Source of the DNA: Candidatus Omnitrophota bacterium
GTDB taxonomy: Bacteria; Omnitrophota; Gorgyraeia; Zapsychrales; JANLHA01
DNA length: 64,000 nt
NCBI GenBank assembly: GCA_020632555.1
Contig: JACKFI010000001.1
Location: forward strand, 65,750-129,749
Direction of reading: 5' to 3'
In this document: piece after piece, positions 45,670 to 54,752 of the stretch
How the letters are laid out: each line of letters begins with the position of its first letter
Numbering within the stretch: the stretch's first letter is position 1
Position numbers and translations under genes: made by a program
The notes under the pieces: model-generated
Databases searched by the model: none
What the model was told of the DNA's origin: nothing
What the model saw: only the letters and a program-made list of their open reading frames with translations

Positions 45670-46812
45670 CTACGGGCAAGTGGTAGCACATGCACTCTTT
45701 ATAGCAAAATAAGTCGCAAAAACATGTGACCCAAAACAATATGCCGTGCCATACGCAATCCCTTTACTGCTCCATGAACAAGAATTTGGGCCAGAATAAC
45801 CCGGAGGAATAATACAATAAGCAACCCAATCCCCTTGTCCAAGATTAGGACTCAGCCAACACGTGCCTGTCGGGCAGTTGCTGCAATTTGTAATTTCACC
45901 TGATGGATTAGTCGACGGACCGAGAGACCATCTTTCACCAAGCACTCCACAACCAAGTCCAGATATAACCGGCAAATCTCCACAATCCCCGCAGGCATCG
46001 CAAGGGTACTCCCCAAGATTGTATTGACAAATACTATCCCCACAATGATCCAAACATCCTCCTGCTATCGCAGTATACCCCGAGTTACACTGTGCCTCGC
46101 AATAATTAGCACTGCTGGAGCAGCCGCCAGTATCACGATACGTAACCGGCCAGCTCGGGCCGGGAAGAAATGTCGTCTGCGCAAAAGGACACCACGTCGC
46201 ATTGGGACTTTTAGCTTGACAGGCAGACAAACAGTTGGCAGGATCACTTTGACATGCCGTTACTCTGGTTATAGGACTAGGTGAACCACATACAGACAAC
46301 CTGTCTCGTAAACTCCCGTCCGAACTTCGACAAGTGCCGCTAGCGGCAGGATTATTGCCACAAAAACCATCCGTGGCCGGATAACAACACGTATTGGTCG
46401 GATCATTGCGGCATTCTTCCATACGATCAAAAACATGCATCTGCAGCATCTGCGCTTCACAGCCCTGCGGTCCACACGTGCGCCGAAAAACTTTTTGATT
46501 GGGCATACAAACAGTTCCATTGACCGCGGTAACCCCATCCCCACAACCCACATCAACTAAATCTGTACAATCACACACCGGCAAATTAATATTCGCGTGG
46601 CCTTCAGTGATCTTTTCCCGTTCTGAATCAATCACCCCTTCTTCCAAAACTTTAAAATTAGAATTGATTGAGCGAACCACATAAGGACCGCCAATCAAAA
46701 TAGCGGCCATAACGAAAACTGCTACCGCGACATATTCAAGGCTGGCCTGTCCAAGACGAGATTTAATAGACGTAAACATACCCAAAGTATAAAACAACCT
46801 TTCCTTATTCAC
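45670..46812 (-). CDS. Cys-rich protein with Flp/class-III-type signal peptide
   Basis: The N-terminus ...SIKSRLG|QASLEYVAVAVFVMAAILIG fits the G-x4-EY Flp prepilin motif. The remaining ~320 aa contain about 34 Cys by my count. The start is uncertain (GTG 46812 or ATG 46779). Confidence 0.6.
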   Translation of the reverse strand: MNKERLFYTLGMFTSIKSRLGQASLEYVAVAVFVMAAILIGGPYVVRSINSNFKVLEEGVIDSEREKITEGHANINLPVCDCTDLVDVGCGDGVTAVNGTVCMPNQKVFRRTCGPQGCEAQMLQMHVFDRMEECRNDPTNTCCYPATDGFCGNNPAASGTCRSSDGSLRDRLSVCGSPSPITRVTACQSDPANCLSACQAKSPNATWCPFAQTTFLPGPSWPVTYRDTGGCSSSANYCEAQCNSGYTAIAGGCLDHCGDSICQYNLGEYPCDACGDCGDLPVISGLGCGVLGERWSLGPSTNPSGEITNCSNCPTGTCWLSPNLGQGDWVAYCIIPPGYSGPNSCSWSSKGIAYGTAYCFGSHVFATYFAIKSACATTCP

Positions 46813-46821
46813 AACAGCAAT

Positions 46822-47448
46822 TTATTGCAACTTTTGTTTGCGCTCTTGGCCCCAAATCTTGTCCAAAGTTCGTTCACGTCCAGAAGCTTGATGATAAGCA
46901 TTGTAACGCAGCGAATTTTTCTTGTAATAATCCTGATGATATTCTTCAGCCGGATAAAAAACCGTCGCCGGCACAATTTCGGTAACAATCGGCTGGTCAA
47001 ACTTACCCGAAGCCGCCAAAGCTTTTTTGGATTCTTCAGCCAGCCGCTTTTGTTCTTCATTATGATAAAAAATCGCACTGCGGTATTGCGTTCCATGATC
47101 AGCAAACTGGCTATTGACCGCTGTCGGATCAATGTTGTACCAAACAATTTGCAAAATTTTCGAATACGACACCACAGCAGGGTCAAAAACAACTTCCACC
47201 GCCTCCGCGTGTCCGGTGGTGCCGCTGCAAACTTCTTCATAGGTAGGATTTTTCGTATGCCCGCCGGTATATCCGGCCGTGACACTTTTGACCCCCTTGA
47301 TCTTTTCTAAAAACGGCTCCATGCACCAAAAACAGCCGCCGGCAAACGTCGCTTTTTCCAAATGCTGATCATTCATCATCATCTCCTTAGCCTGAGCTTG
47401 ACCCAAACTCAACAAAAAAACCATTAAACATAAACTCAAAACACGCAT
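46822..47448 (-). CDS. msrA: Peptide-methionine (S)-S-oxide reductase MsrA, with signal peptide
   Basis: It has the GGCFWCME active site and the signal peptide MRVLSLCLMVFLLSLGQAQA. I prefer ATG 47448 over the TTG at 47475. Confidence 0.95.
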   Translation of the reverse strand: MRVLSLCLMVFLLSLGQAQAKEMMMNDQHLEKATFAGGCFWCMEPFLEKIKGVKSVTAGYTGGHTKNPTYEEVCSGTTGHAEAVEVVFDPAVVSYSKILQIVWYNIDPTAVNSQFADHGTQYRSAIFYHNEEQKRLAEESKKALAASGKFDQPIVTEIVPATVFYPAEEYHQDYYKKNSLRYNAYHQASGRERTLDKIWGQERKQKLQ

Positions 47449-47458
47449 CGGCCATGCC

Positions 47459-47974
47459 TCACTTTTTCTCAACAAATTTTAAAGCAACAGAGTTAATACA
47501 GAATCTTTGCCCCGTTGGTTTGGGCCCGTCATTAAAAACATGTCCCAAATGCGCGCCGCAGCGCGGACAATGCACTTCCACCCGCGTCATAAAAAAACTT
47601 TTGTCGGTGGTCAACCCGACATTCGCGGCATCCACCGGCCGCCAAAAACTTGGCCAGCCCGTGCCGGATTCAAATTTATGTTCAGAACTAAACACATCCA
47701 AGCCGCAAGCAATACACTTGTATATTCCCTGACTATGATTCTCAACATACTCTCCGCTAAATGGTTTTTCTGTCCCAGCCTCACGGACAACATCAAACTG
47801 TGCCGGCGTTAATTGCTCTTTCCATTGAGCGGGAGATTTCACAACTTTTTCCACAACTTTATAAGTTTGACTGTCCACATCAAAAACCCGTATCACATCC
47901 GGAGTGTTTTCGGCCATCGCATTTCCTCCTAATATTAAAATAGCGCATAACAATAAAACCAGCATATGTTTCAT
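47459..47974 (-). CDS. msrB: Peptide-methionine (R)-S-oxide reductase MsrB, with signal peptide
   Basis: Motifs are CIACG...GWPSF...[12 protein letters not shown]. An N-terminal signal peptide is present. Confidence 0.95.
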   Translation of the reverse strand: MKHMLVLLLCAILILGGNAMAENTPDVIRVFDVDSQTYKVVEKVVKSPAQWKEQLTPAQFDVVREAGTEKPFSGEYVENHSQGIYKCIACGLDVFSSEHKFESGTGWPSFWRPVDAANVGLTTDKSFFMTRVEVHCPRCGAHLGHVFNDGPKPTGQRFCINSVALKFVEKK

Positions 47975-48055
47975 AGGCTACCCTCCACTTAAACAGCGCG
48001 CCCCACAAAAAAATTTTTAACCACAAACATTATAATCTGATAAAGTATTTTTTCT

Positions 48056-48292
48056 ATGTTTAATATTCCAGTCGAACAATGGATCAAAAATCACCAAGAT
48101 CACCTAAGCACATTGGCTGGGGAAAAAATCTCCGATCCCAAAACCATTGAACATTTGGTACAGGAAACTTTTCGCACCGCGCTGGCCTCGCAAGCGGCCT
48201 TCTCTAGTGAAACAGCTCAAAGAAAGTGGCTGGCCGCGATTCTCCATAATAAAATCAGCGACTGGCTTGCCAAAAATTCACCTGCTAATTAA
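48056..48292 (+). CDS. Sigma-70 region-2-like fragment (ECF-type), no region 4
   Basis: LVQETFRTALASQAAF...WLAAILHNKISDWL resembles ECF sigma region 2. The ORF stops after 78 aa, 12 nt before the MFS gene. Confidence 0.4.
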   Translation: MFNIPVEQWIKNHQDHLSTLAGEKISDPKTIEHLVQETFRTALASQAAFSSETAQRKWLAAILHNKISDWLAKNSPAN

Positions 48293-48304
48293 AATTCTAA
48301 AATC

Positions 48305-49573
48305 ATGTCCCAACCCATTCCAACACCCCTTGCCCCGCGTCAAACATTGGCTGCTCTCAAAATCCCGGATATCCGCTTCTTTATTTTAGCCATCGGCTTC
48401 TTTTCTTTAGCAAGCCGCGCGCTGGCGGTGGTCATTGGTTTTCAAATTTATCAATTGACTCACAGCGCTTTGGCTTTGGGCATTCTGGGTTTGGTCGAAG
48501 CCATCCCTGCGCTGTCTCTTATCTTATTCGGCGGATACATTGCTGACCATTACGACCGCAGAAAAATTTTGATCTTAACCCGCTTGTCCAGTTTAATCTG
48601 CGCAATTCTGCTAATCCTTTTATCCGTCAAAATCCATACCTTTTCTCTGATCGGTTTATATGCTGTTATTTTTTTAGCCGGCATTGCTCGCGGATTCGCG
48701 GATCCCGCCAACTCTGCTTTTGAAGCACAAGTGGTGCCCCAAGAATTAACCGTCAACGCTTCCTCGTGGATTGGCAGTGTTTGGATTTTTGCTTCGATCG
48801 CTGGACCGGCGCTGATCGGTTTTATTTTTGCGGCATGGGGAGCAGTCGGTTCCTATACAGTCATTGGAATTTGGTTCTTGTGTTCCTGCTGGGCAACAGC
48901 CGCAATCCAGCCCAAACCCATTGTCCAACAAATTCACAAAGAACCTTTTCTTAAAAGCATGCGCGTCGGCTGGGATTTTGTTTTAAAAAACCAACCGCTA
49001 TGGGGCGCCATGGCATTGGATTTATTTGCTGTTCTTTTTGGCGGCATCATTGCTCTCTTGCCGATTTACGCGCAAGACATTTTACACATCGGGCCGATCG
49101 GTCTGGGTTTTCTTAACGCCGCGCCATCGGTTGGAGCCTTATTGATTATGCTGATTGCCACTGCTCATCCGCCCATCGAACATGCCGGCCGAAATCTTTT
49201 ATGGACGGTCGCCGGATTCGGTGTTAGCATTTTGATCTTTGCTTTTTCTAAGAATTTTATTTTATCGTTAGCCGCGCTGATGTTCAGCGGACTGTTCGAT
49301 GGTATTAGTATGGTGATTCGCCGCTCCATGATCCGGCTTTTATCTCCCGATCATATGCGCGGACGCATTGCCGCCGTCAATTGGATTTTTGTTTGCTCGT
49401 CCAATGAATTGGGAGCTTTTGAAAGCGGCATGATCGCGGCAATGATCGGCGTTGTTCCTTGCGCGGCTTTAGGCGGCGTCTTAACCTTGATCATCGTCGC
49501 GGCCACCGCTTACGCGGCACCCCAATTGCGTCGTTTGCGTTTTCATCCGCAGACATTAGAACAAATACTGTAA
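48305..49573 (+). CDS. MFS transporter
   Basis: It has about 12 TM helices and an MFS loop motif GGYIADHYDRRKIL. Confidence 0.85.
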   Translation: MSQPIPTPLAPRQTLAALKIPDIRFFILAIGFFSLASRALAVVIGFQIYQLTHSALALGILGLVEAIPALSLILFGGYIADHYDRRKILILTRLSSLICAILLILLSVKIHTFSLIGLYAVIFLAGIARGFADPANSAFEAQVVPQELTVNASSWIGSVWIFASIAGPALIGFIFAAWGAVGSYTVIGIWFLCSCWATAAIQPKPIVQQIHKEPFLKSMRVGWDFVLKNQPLWGAMALDLFAVLFGGIIALLPIYAQDILHIGPIGLGFLNAAPSVGALLIMLIATAHPPIEHAGRNLLWTVAGFGVSILIFAFSKNFILSLAALMFSGLFDGISMVIRRSMIRLLSPDHMRGRIAAVNWIFVCSSNELGAFESGMIAAMIGVVPCAALGGVLTLIIVAATAYAAPQLRRLRFHPQTLEQIL

Positions 49574-49630
49574 GGCAACAAAGAACAGGAATTTCCCCCA
49601 AAGATTTTTTATATCGATGAGTTTCTCAAA

Positions 49631-49663
49631 GATTGCTTCGGCTAAAAAGCAGCCCGCAATGAC
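49631..49663. repeat. REP-like palindromic unit (inverted orientation)
   Basis: gattgcttcggctaaaaagcagcccgcaatgac belongs to the same family as 31524..31554. Confidence 0.55.
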
Positions 49664-49705
49664 ACGTGAAAAAACAGGGAAACTCCACCACAAAGAAAGA
49701 TTAAA

Positions 49706-50881
49706 ATGGACATCATCTCAACAGATGTACTGATTATTGGCGCGGGCGCATCCGGATTAATGTGCGCTATAGAAGCCGGCAAACGCGGACGCTCTGTTAT
49801 TGTCTTGGAACACAATGATCAAGTCGGCAAAAAAATTCGAATTTCCGGCGGTGGCCGCTGCAATTTTACCAATATTCATGCCAGCGCGGATCACTTTCTT
49901 TCTAACAATCCGCATTTTGCCAAATCCGCCTTCTCTCGTTTTACGCCTCAAGACTTCGTCACTCTGGTAAAGAAACACAACATTGCTTTTCATGAAAAAG
50001 CACTGGGTCAACTTTTTTGCGACACCAGTTCACAAAATATCATTGCTATGCTCAAAAAAGAATGCGCGGCGGCTAATGTTCAAATCCTCACCAACACACA
50101 TATTAACCAAGTCAGCAAAAAGGACGTTTTTATTTTAAATACCAATCAAGGCGAGTTTCAATGCCAAAGTTTGGTTGTCGCCAGCGGCGGGCTGTCCATC
50201 CCATCTCTGGGTACCAGTGATATCGGATACACGCTGGCTAAACAATTTGATATTCAAGTCAATCCCTGCCGTCCGGGCTTGGTGCCTTTAACATTTAAAG
50301 CTAAAGAGTTAAACATTTTTAAAAATCTCTCAGGTCTTTCGCTGGATGTGATCGTCAGTTTCCAAAATGCCCATTTTCGCGAAAAAATGCTTTTTACCCA
50401 CAAAGGGTTAAGCGGACCGGCTATTCTGCAGATTTCCTCCTATTGGCAAGCCGGGCAACCCATCCTCATCAATCTTGTGCCAAAGTTTCCCATGTTTGAT
50501 GTTTTCAAAAATCACCATCATTCCAAGCTCACGCTTAAAAACTTTCTCAAAGATTATTTACCGGCACGATTGGCGGACGTTTTTGTTGACCATTACCTGA
50601 AAGACAAACCTCTGACGCAAACTTCGCTGGAAGAATTACAAAATTCAGCGACCCTCTTGCACAACTGGCCAATAATTCCGCAAGGCACCGAAGGTTATGC
50701 CAAAGCAGAAGTCACTGTCGGTGGAATTGACCCCAATGAATTGTCGTCTAAGACAATGGCAGCTAAAAAAGTTTCAGGATTATATTTTATTGGAGAAGTG
50801 GTGGATGTCACCGGCTGGCTGGGTGGGTTTAATTTCCAGTGGGCATGGGCTTCAGGTTTTGCCGCCGGACAATATGTTTAA
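49706..50881 (+). CDS. HI0933/BaiN-family NAD(P)/FAD-dependent oxidoreductase
   Basis: Motifs are DVLIIGAGASGLMCA, GGGRCNFTN and the C-terminal GGFNFQWAW. Confidence 0.9.
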   Translation: MDIISTDVLIIGAGASGLMCAIEAGKRGRSVIVLEHNDQVGKKIRISGGGRCNFTNIHASADHFLSNNPHFAKSAFSRFTPQDFVTLVKKHNIAFHEKALGQLFCDTSSQNIIAMLKKECAAANVQILTNTHINQVSKKDVFILNTNQGEFQCQSLVVASGGLSIPSLGTSDIGYTLAKQFDIQVNPCRPGLVPLTFKAKELNIFKNLSGLSLDVIVSFQNAHFREKMLFTHKGLSGPAILQISSYWQAGQPILINLVPKFPMFDVFKNHHHSKLTLKNFLKDYLPARLADVFVDHYLKDKPLTQTSLEELQNSATLLHNWPIIPQGTEGYAKAEVTVGGIDPNELSSKTMAAKKVSGLYFIGEVVDVTGWLGGFNFQWAWASGFAAGQYV

Positions 50882-50902
50882 CAAAAAATCGCAAACTCAA
50901 CT

Positions 50903-51304
50903 TTACGAATCGACAGACTTTGAACCAGCCATTAACTTTGCTACAGTCAAAACCAATGCTTTGGAATCAAATGGCTTAGCCAAAGCCGGAAAAAACTGCC
51001 CATCAATTTTCACACATCGTTCATGATGTTGATCATTCAAATAATCTGCCAAAGCCGTCAAAAACAAAATCGGAATATTCTGCATACCCTTTAAAGCTTT
51101 GATACGCCGCACCGCGTCTCCACCGGACATAATCGGCATAATCACGTCCATAATGATCATCTGGGGATGATATTGCAATGTTTTCTCCACACCTTCCGCC
51201 CCGTTTGCCGCCGTAATCACTTCATAATCAGAAGCCTCAAACCGCGCTTTTAATGTTGAAACAATATCCGGCTCATCATCAACGATCAAAACTCTCCCAT
51301 TCAT
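50903..51304 (-). CDS. Single-domain response regulator (CheY-like receiver)
   Basis: It has the acidic pocket VLIVDDE, the phospho-acceptor context IIMDVIMP, and a conserved K in FFPALAKPF. Confidence 0.9.
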   Translation of the reverse strand: MNGRVLIVDDEPDIVSTLKARFEASDYEVITAANGAEGVEKTLQYHPQMIIMDVIMPIMSGGDAVRRIKALKGMQNIPILFLTALADYLNDQHHERCVKIDGQFFPALAKPFDSKALVLTVAKLMAGSKSVDS

Positions 51305-51413
51305 AAATCATCCCCTTTTTTAAGCAATAAAAAAACCCATCCCTTTAAAAGAGACAGGCCCAATTCTTTATTTTTTTCGTCGTCATAGCAATACTCTAAT
51401 AAAGAACAATGAA

Positions 51414-51462
51414 CCCGGATTTTGCATTAGCCTCGCCTCTGCGAGGCCAAGCAAAATTCGGG
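51414..51462. repeat. Long imperfect palindrome (hairpin) in the spacer upstream of the response regulator
   Basis: The sequence is cccggattttgcattaGCCTCGCctcTGCGAGGCcaagcaaaattcggg. There is no clear T-tract on either side. Confidence 0.5.
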
Positions 51463-51582
51463 ATGAAACTCTTTTTCACCGCTGAATGTTCCAACTGATC
51501 TGTGCCGTTTGTGAGTATATCCTATGCGAGTAAAAAAATCCACCTGCAGGCAAATTAAAAAAATTTTTAAAACAGCGGGGAA

Positions 51583-52086
51583 TTATGTATTAGACGCGGC
51601 AGGGTCTTCCAACAATTGGTCCAAAAGGCCATCGACTTTGTGACCTTTCATGGTTTTGTCAAATTCATCTTTATGATTGCGCAAATGCTGAGCAATCATC
51701 TTATTGGGGATAGCATTGATCATCTGATAAATTCGCTTCTTTGTTTTGAACGAATTGATTTGAGCAACCGCCTTGGCCCGGGTCATTTGCTCGCTGATCC
51801 CATAACTTTCTTTTAATGATTCCGGCAAATCAACAATCATTTCCCGATAAATTTTGCCATAAACACGTTGAAACTTGGCCTCGTCCATCTTCATGATTTT
51901 CTTAATATTTTTCTCTTTGAATCTTTTAAGATTGTTGGTCGCAACATACGTCTTGGCAAAAGTTTTGACCAAAGAACCAATCAACTTTTCTTTCAAAGTT
52001 TCCCGTTTTGCAAACGCGTCAGCATCCTGCGCAAACCCATTGACGCACAATCCCATAAAAACAAACGCCAAAATGATCTTTCTCAT
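51583..52086 (-). CDS. Secreted hypothetical protein
   Basis: It has the signal peptide MRKIILAFVFMGLCVNGFAQ and a Lys-rich helical body. Confidence 0.6.
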   Translation of the reverse strand: MRKIILAFVFMGLCVNGFAQDADAFAKRETLKEKLIGSLVKTFAKTYVATNNLKRFKEKNIKKIMKMDEAKFQRVYGKIYREMIVDLPESLKESYGISEQMTRAKAVAQINSFKTKKRIYQMINAIPNKMIAQHLRNHKDEFDKTMKGHKVDGLLDQLLEDPAASNT

Positions 52087-52150
52087 AAGCCGTAGTTTAC
52101 CTTATCAATAAAAAATTGGCAAGATTTGTATCACACTAATTGAGAATCTC

Positions 52151-52570
52151 CTATTCCACTGAAACATGAAAGTCAGGAGCATTCAAAATCGCCGCCGGCA
52201 AGGCTTTTTTCAATTTTTGCGCAATCATCTGGCTCACCGAATCCCGAGAACGCCCGCCAAACTGCAAATTAGCCATATTCAAAGCCACCATGCCATACAG
52301 CCATTCTTGCGTTGCCTGATCACGAATATCTTGTTCGGCCACAATATCTCCATAAACCTGAGCAATGGTTTCTTGAATTTGTAAAGCCACTTCCGAATCT
52401 CGCGCTTTTTGTAACTCGCTAATTGTTTTCTCCAAACTTTTCTTATCGACAACACCCAAGCGTTGTTTAAAAGCTTTGATCCGCTGAATCTGAGCGGCAG
52501 AAAAAGACCCTTGCGCGTATACCGCAGTAGCGCAACACAAAAACAACACCATCCCCATCCAACACTTCAT
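52151..52570 (-). CDS. Secreted hypothetical protein
   Basis: I prefer ATG 52570 (MKCWMGMVLFLCCATAVYAQ) because AAGGAG lies 7 nt upstream. Confidence 0.6.
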   Translation of the reverse strand: MKCWMGMVLFLCCATAVYAQGSFSAAQIQRIKAFKQRLGVVDKKSLEKTISELQKARDSEVALQIQETIAQVYGDIVAEQDIRDQATQEWLYGMVALNMANLQFGGRSRDSVSQMIAQKLKKALPAAILNAPDFHVSVE

Positions 52571-52633
52571 CTCCCACTCCTTATTCGTATGATATATCAT
52601 CATCTTCTTCCCTGATCCAAAGGCTCAACATTG

Positions 52634-53710
52634 TCATTTTTCACTCTTCACATAAAGTGTTTGCGTCGGATAAGCGAAGTCAATGCCTTCTTTTGCGAAT
52701 TCTTGCATAATGGCAAAATTGATCATCTGCTGTTTATCCATGTAAACATTGTAATCCGCGCTCAAAACATAATAAACAGTTTCATAAATCAAAGCCGAAT
52801 CGCCAAAACTTTGAAAATGAACCCGATCGGCTTTAACTTCAGATTTGTCTAAAATAGCGCGAATCATTTGCGGAATCTTTTGTGCTTTCTCAAAAGATGT
52901 TTGATACGTTACCCCGACTTTAAAAACAATACGCCGCGTTTGCATACGCTTATAATTTCTCACCCGGCTGGACGTCAAATCTGAATTCGAAAAAACCAAC
53001 TGTTCTCCCGAGAGACTGCGAATACGCGTTGTTTTAAGCCCAATATGTTCAATGGTTCCCATGAAATCGCCGATAATAATAAAATCCCCGATCTCAAAAG
53101 GTTTATCCAGGTAAATCGATAAAGCGCTGAAGGCATCTCCCAAAACCGCCTGCGAAGCCATCGCCACCGCGATACCGCCGATGCCAATGCCCGCAACCAA
53201 CGAAGAAATATTAACACCTAAATTATCCAAAATAAAAACCACACCCAAAGCCCACATCGCCCATTTGATGATCCACACCACACTTTTGATCATCGCTTTA
53301 GAGGAAGGATTATCCGAACCCAAACGCGCGGATAAAACTTTGTTAACGCTATATTCAATGATTTCCTGCAACAATAATATAATGCGAATCGTGACCACAA
53401 AAATCAACGCATAACGGACAGCTGAGCGCAATGCATCGGACAAGACCAAGGATGATGTTGACACATACAAAGCCACAACAATAAAAACCGGCCAATTCAC
53501 TTGCGAAATCAGGTTCACAATAAAATCATCAAAATCATTGGCTGTCTTAGCGGCTAATTTTCCCAGATGCTTAATCACAAACCTTTTAACCACTGAACAC
53601 CCCACCAAAAATGCCAAGAAAACCACCAAAGAAATCAAATAACTCTGGACGGTATTGTGAGAATATATGGTCGCCAACCACAGATTAAGATGCTGACTAA
53701 TGCTTATCAT
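52634..53710 (-). CDS. Mechanosensitive ion channel (MscS family)
   Basis: N-terminal TM helices are followed by the MscS beta-domain pattern PFEIGDFIIIGDFMGTIEHIGLKTTRIRSLSGEQLVFSNS. Confidence 0.9.
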   Translation of the reverse strand: MISISQHLNLWLATIYSHNTVQSYLISLVVFLAFLVGCSVVKRFVIKHLGKLAAKTANDFDDFIVNLISQVNWPVFIVVALYVSTSSLVLSDALRSAVRYALIFVVTIRIILLLQEIIEYSVNKVLSARLGSDNPSSKAMIKSVVWIIKWAMWALGVVFILDNLGVNISSLVAGIGIGGIAVAMASQAVLGDAFSALSIYLDKPFEIGDFIIIGDFMGTIEHIGLKTTRIRSLSGEQLVFSNSDLTSSRVRNYKRMQTRRIVFKVGVTYQTSFEKAQKIPQMIRAILDKSEVKADRVHFQSFGDSALIYETVYYVLSADYNVYMDKQQMINFAIMQEFAKEGIDFAYPTQTLYVKSEK

Positions 53711-53996
53711 AAGGCTGCCCCTTTCTTAAAAAACCATCGCGTGAATAATCAAGTCGAATAAAAGTTCTTAATAAAGCTGATGCCGATCGAAACATCAGAA
53801 TTTTGCATTAAAACATTTTCTTTAAGGTAATGATTGCTAAAGCGACAAGCTGGTCAATTTTATTTTTTATGCTTATCTGCAGACAAGACTTTGCGAAAAC
53901 AAACGAAAGCCAAAGCCAAAATAGCGCTCCATGCCGTCAACAAGAATATCCAGCCAGCAAGTTTCATAGGAATTATTTCTAACTGTTGGTTGTTGA

Positions 53997-54605
53997 TTAC
54001 AATCTGATACCGGCAAAACACATAAATCCCATCGCCATCAAACCGGTGATCATCATCGTAATCCCCAGCCCTTTGAGCGGCTGCGGAATATTAGAATACC
54101 AAAGTTTCCGTCGGATAGCGGCCATGGAAATAATAGCCAAAGCCCAACCAATACCCGAACTAAAACCAAAAACCAAAGCTTCCGGAAATGTGTAATTGCG
54201 CTGATCCATAAAAAGCGCGGCACCCAAAATAGCGCAATTGACTGCAATCAGCGGTAAAAAAACACCCAAAGCGCTGTACAAAGCCGGGCTAAATCGTTCA
54301 ATCAACATTTCCACAATCTGGACCATAGCCGCGATCAAGGCAATAAAACAAACAAATGTTAAAAACGTTAAATCCGTATTAGCCAATCCCGCCCAAGCCA
54401 AAGCGCCTTTTTTCAGAAAAATATGCTTAACCAACCAGCCAGCGGGAGTCGTAATCGTCAACACAAACGTCACAGCAATACCTAAACCCGTCGCTGTTTC
54501 CACTTTCTTAGAGCAAGCCAAAAACGAACACATCCCTAAGAAATACGCCAAAAGGATGTTTTCAACAAAAATACTTTTAATCGCTAAATTAAGATAATGC
54601 TCCAC
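53997..54605 (-). CDS. nqrE: NqrE/RnfA-family membrane subunit (closest in pattern to NqrE), isolated from other nqr/rnf genes
   Basis: Family patterns are [38 protein letters not shown] and [12 protein letters not shown]. It has a GTG start with AAGGAG 6 nt upstream. Confidence 0.85.
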   Translation of the reverse strand: MEHYLNLAIKSIFVENILLAYFLGMCSFLACSKKVETATGLGIAVTFVLTITTPAGWLVKHIFLKKGALAWAGLANTDLTFLTFVCFIALIAAMVQIVEMLIERFSPALYSALGVFLPLIAVNCAILGAALFMDQRNYTFPEALVFGFSSGIGWALAIISMAAIRRKLWYSNIPQPLKGLGITMMITGLMAMGFMCFAGIRL

Positions 54606-54752
54606 AACAACTCCTTTGAATTGGATTTTTTAACTCATTGAAAAAATCTGGTACTAAATTACCTGATTTCCACAAATAAGTAAACCAATTTTTATATTTA
54701 CCCCAACCGGTCAATGTTAGCCCAAAGCAGTTTTCGCCCAATCCATAAAACA

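Noticed and set aside
53860-53967. 35-codon hydrophobic ORF (MKLAGWIFLLTAWSAILALAFVCF...) downstream of the nqrE-like gene
   Set aside because: It has no recognisable SD and I recognise no family. It cannot be distinguished from chance in AT-rich spacer DNA.
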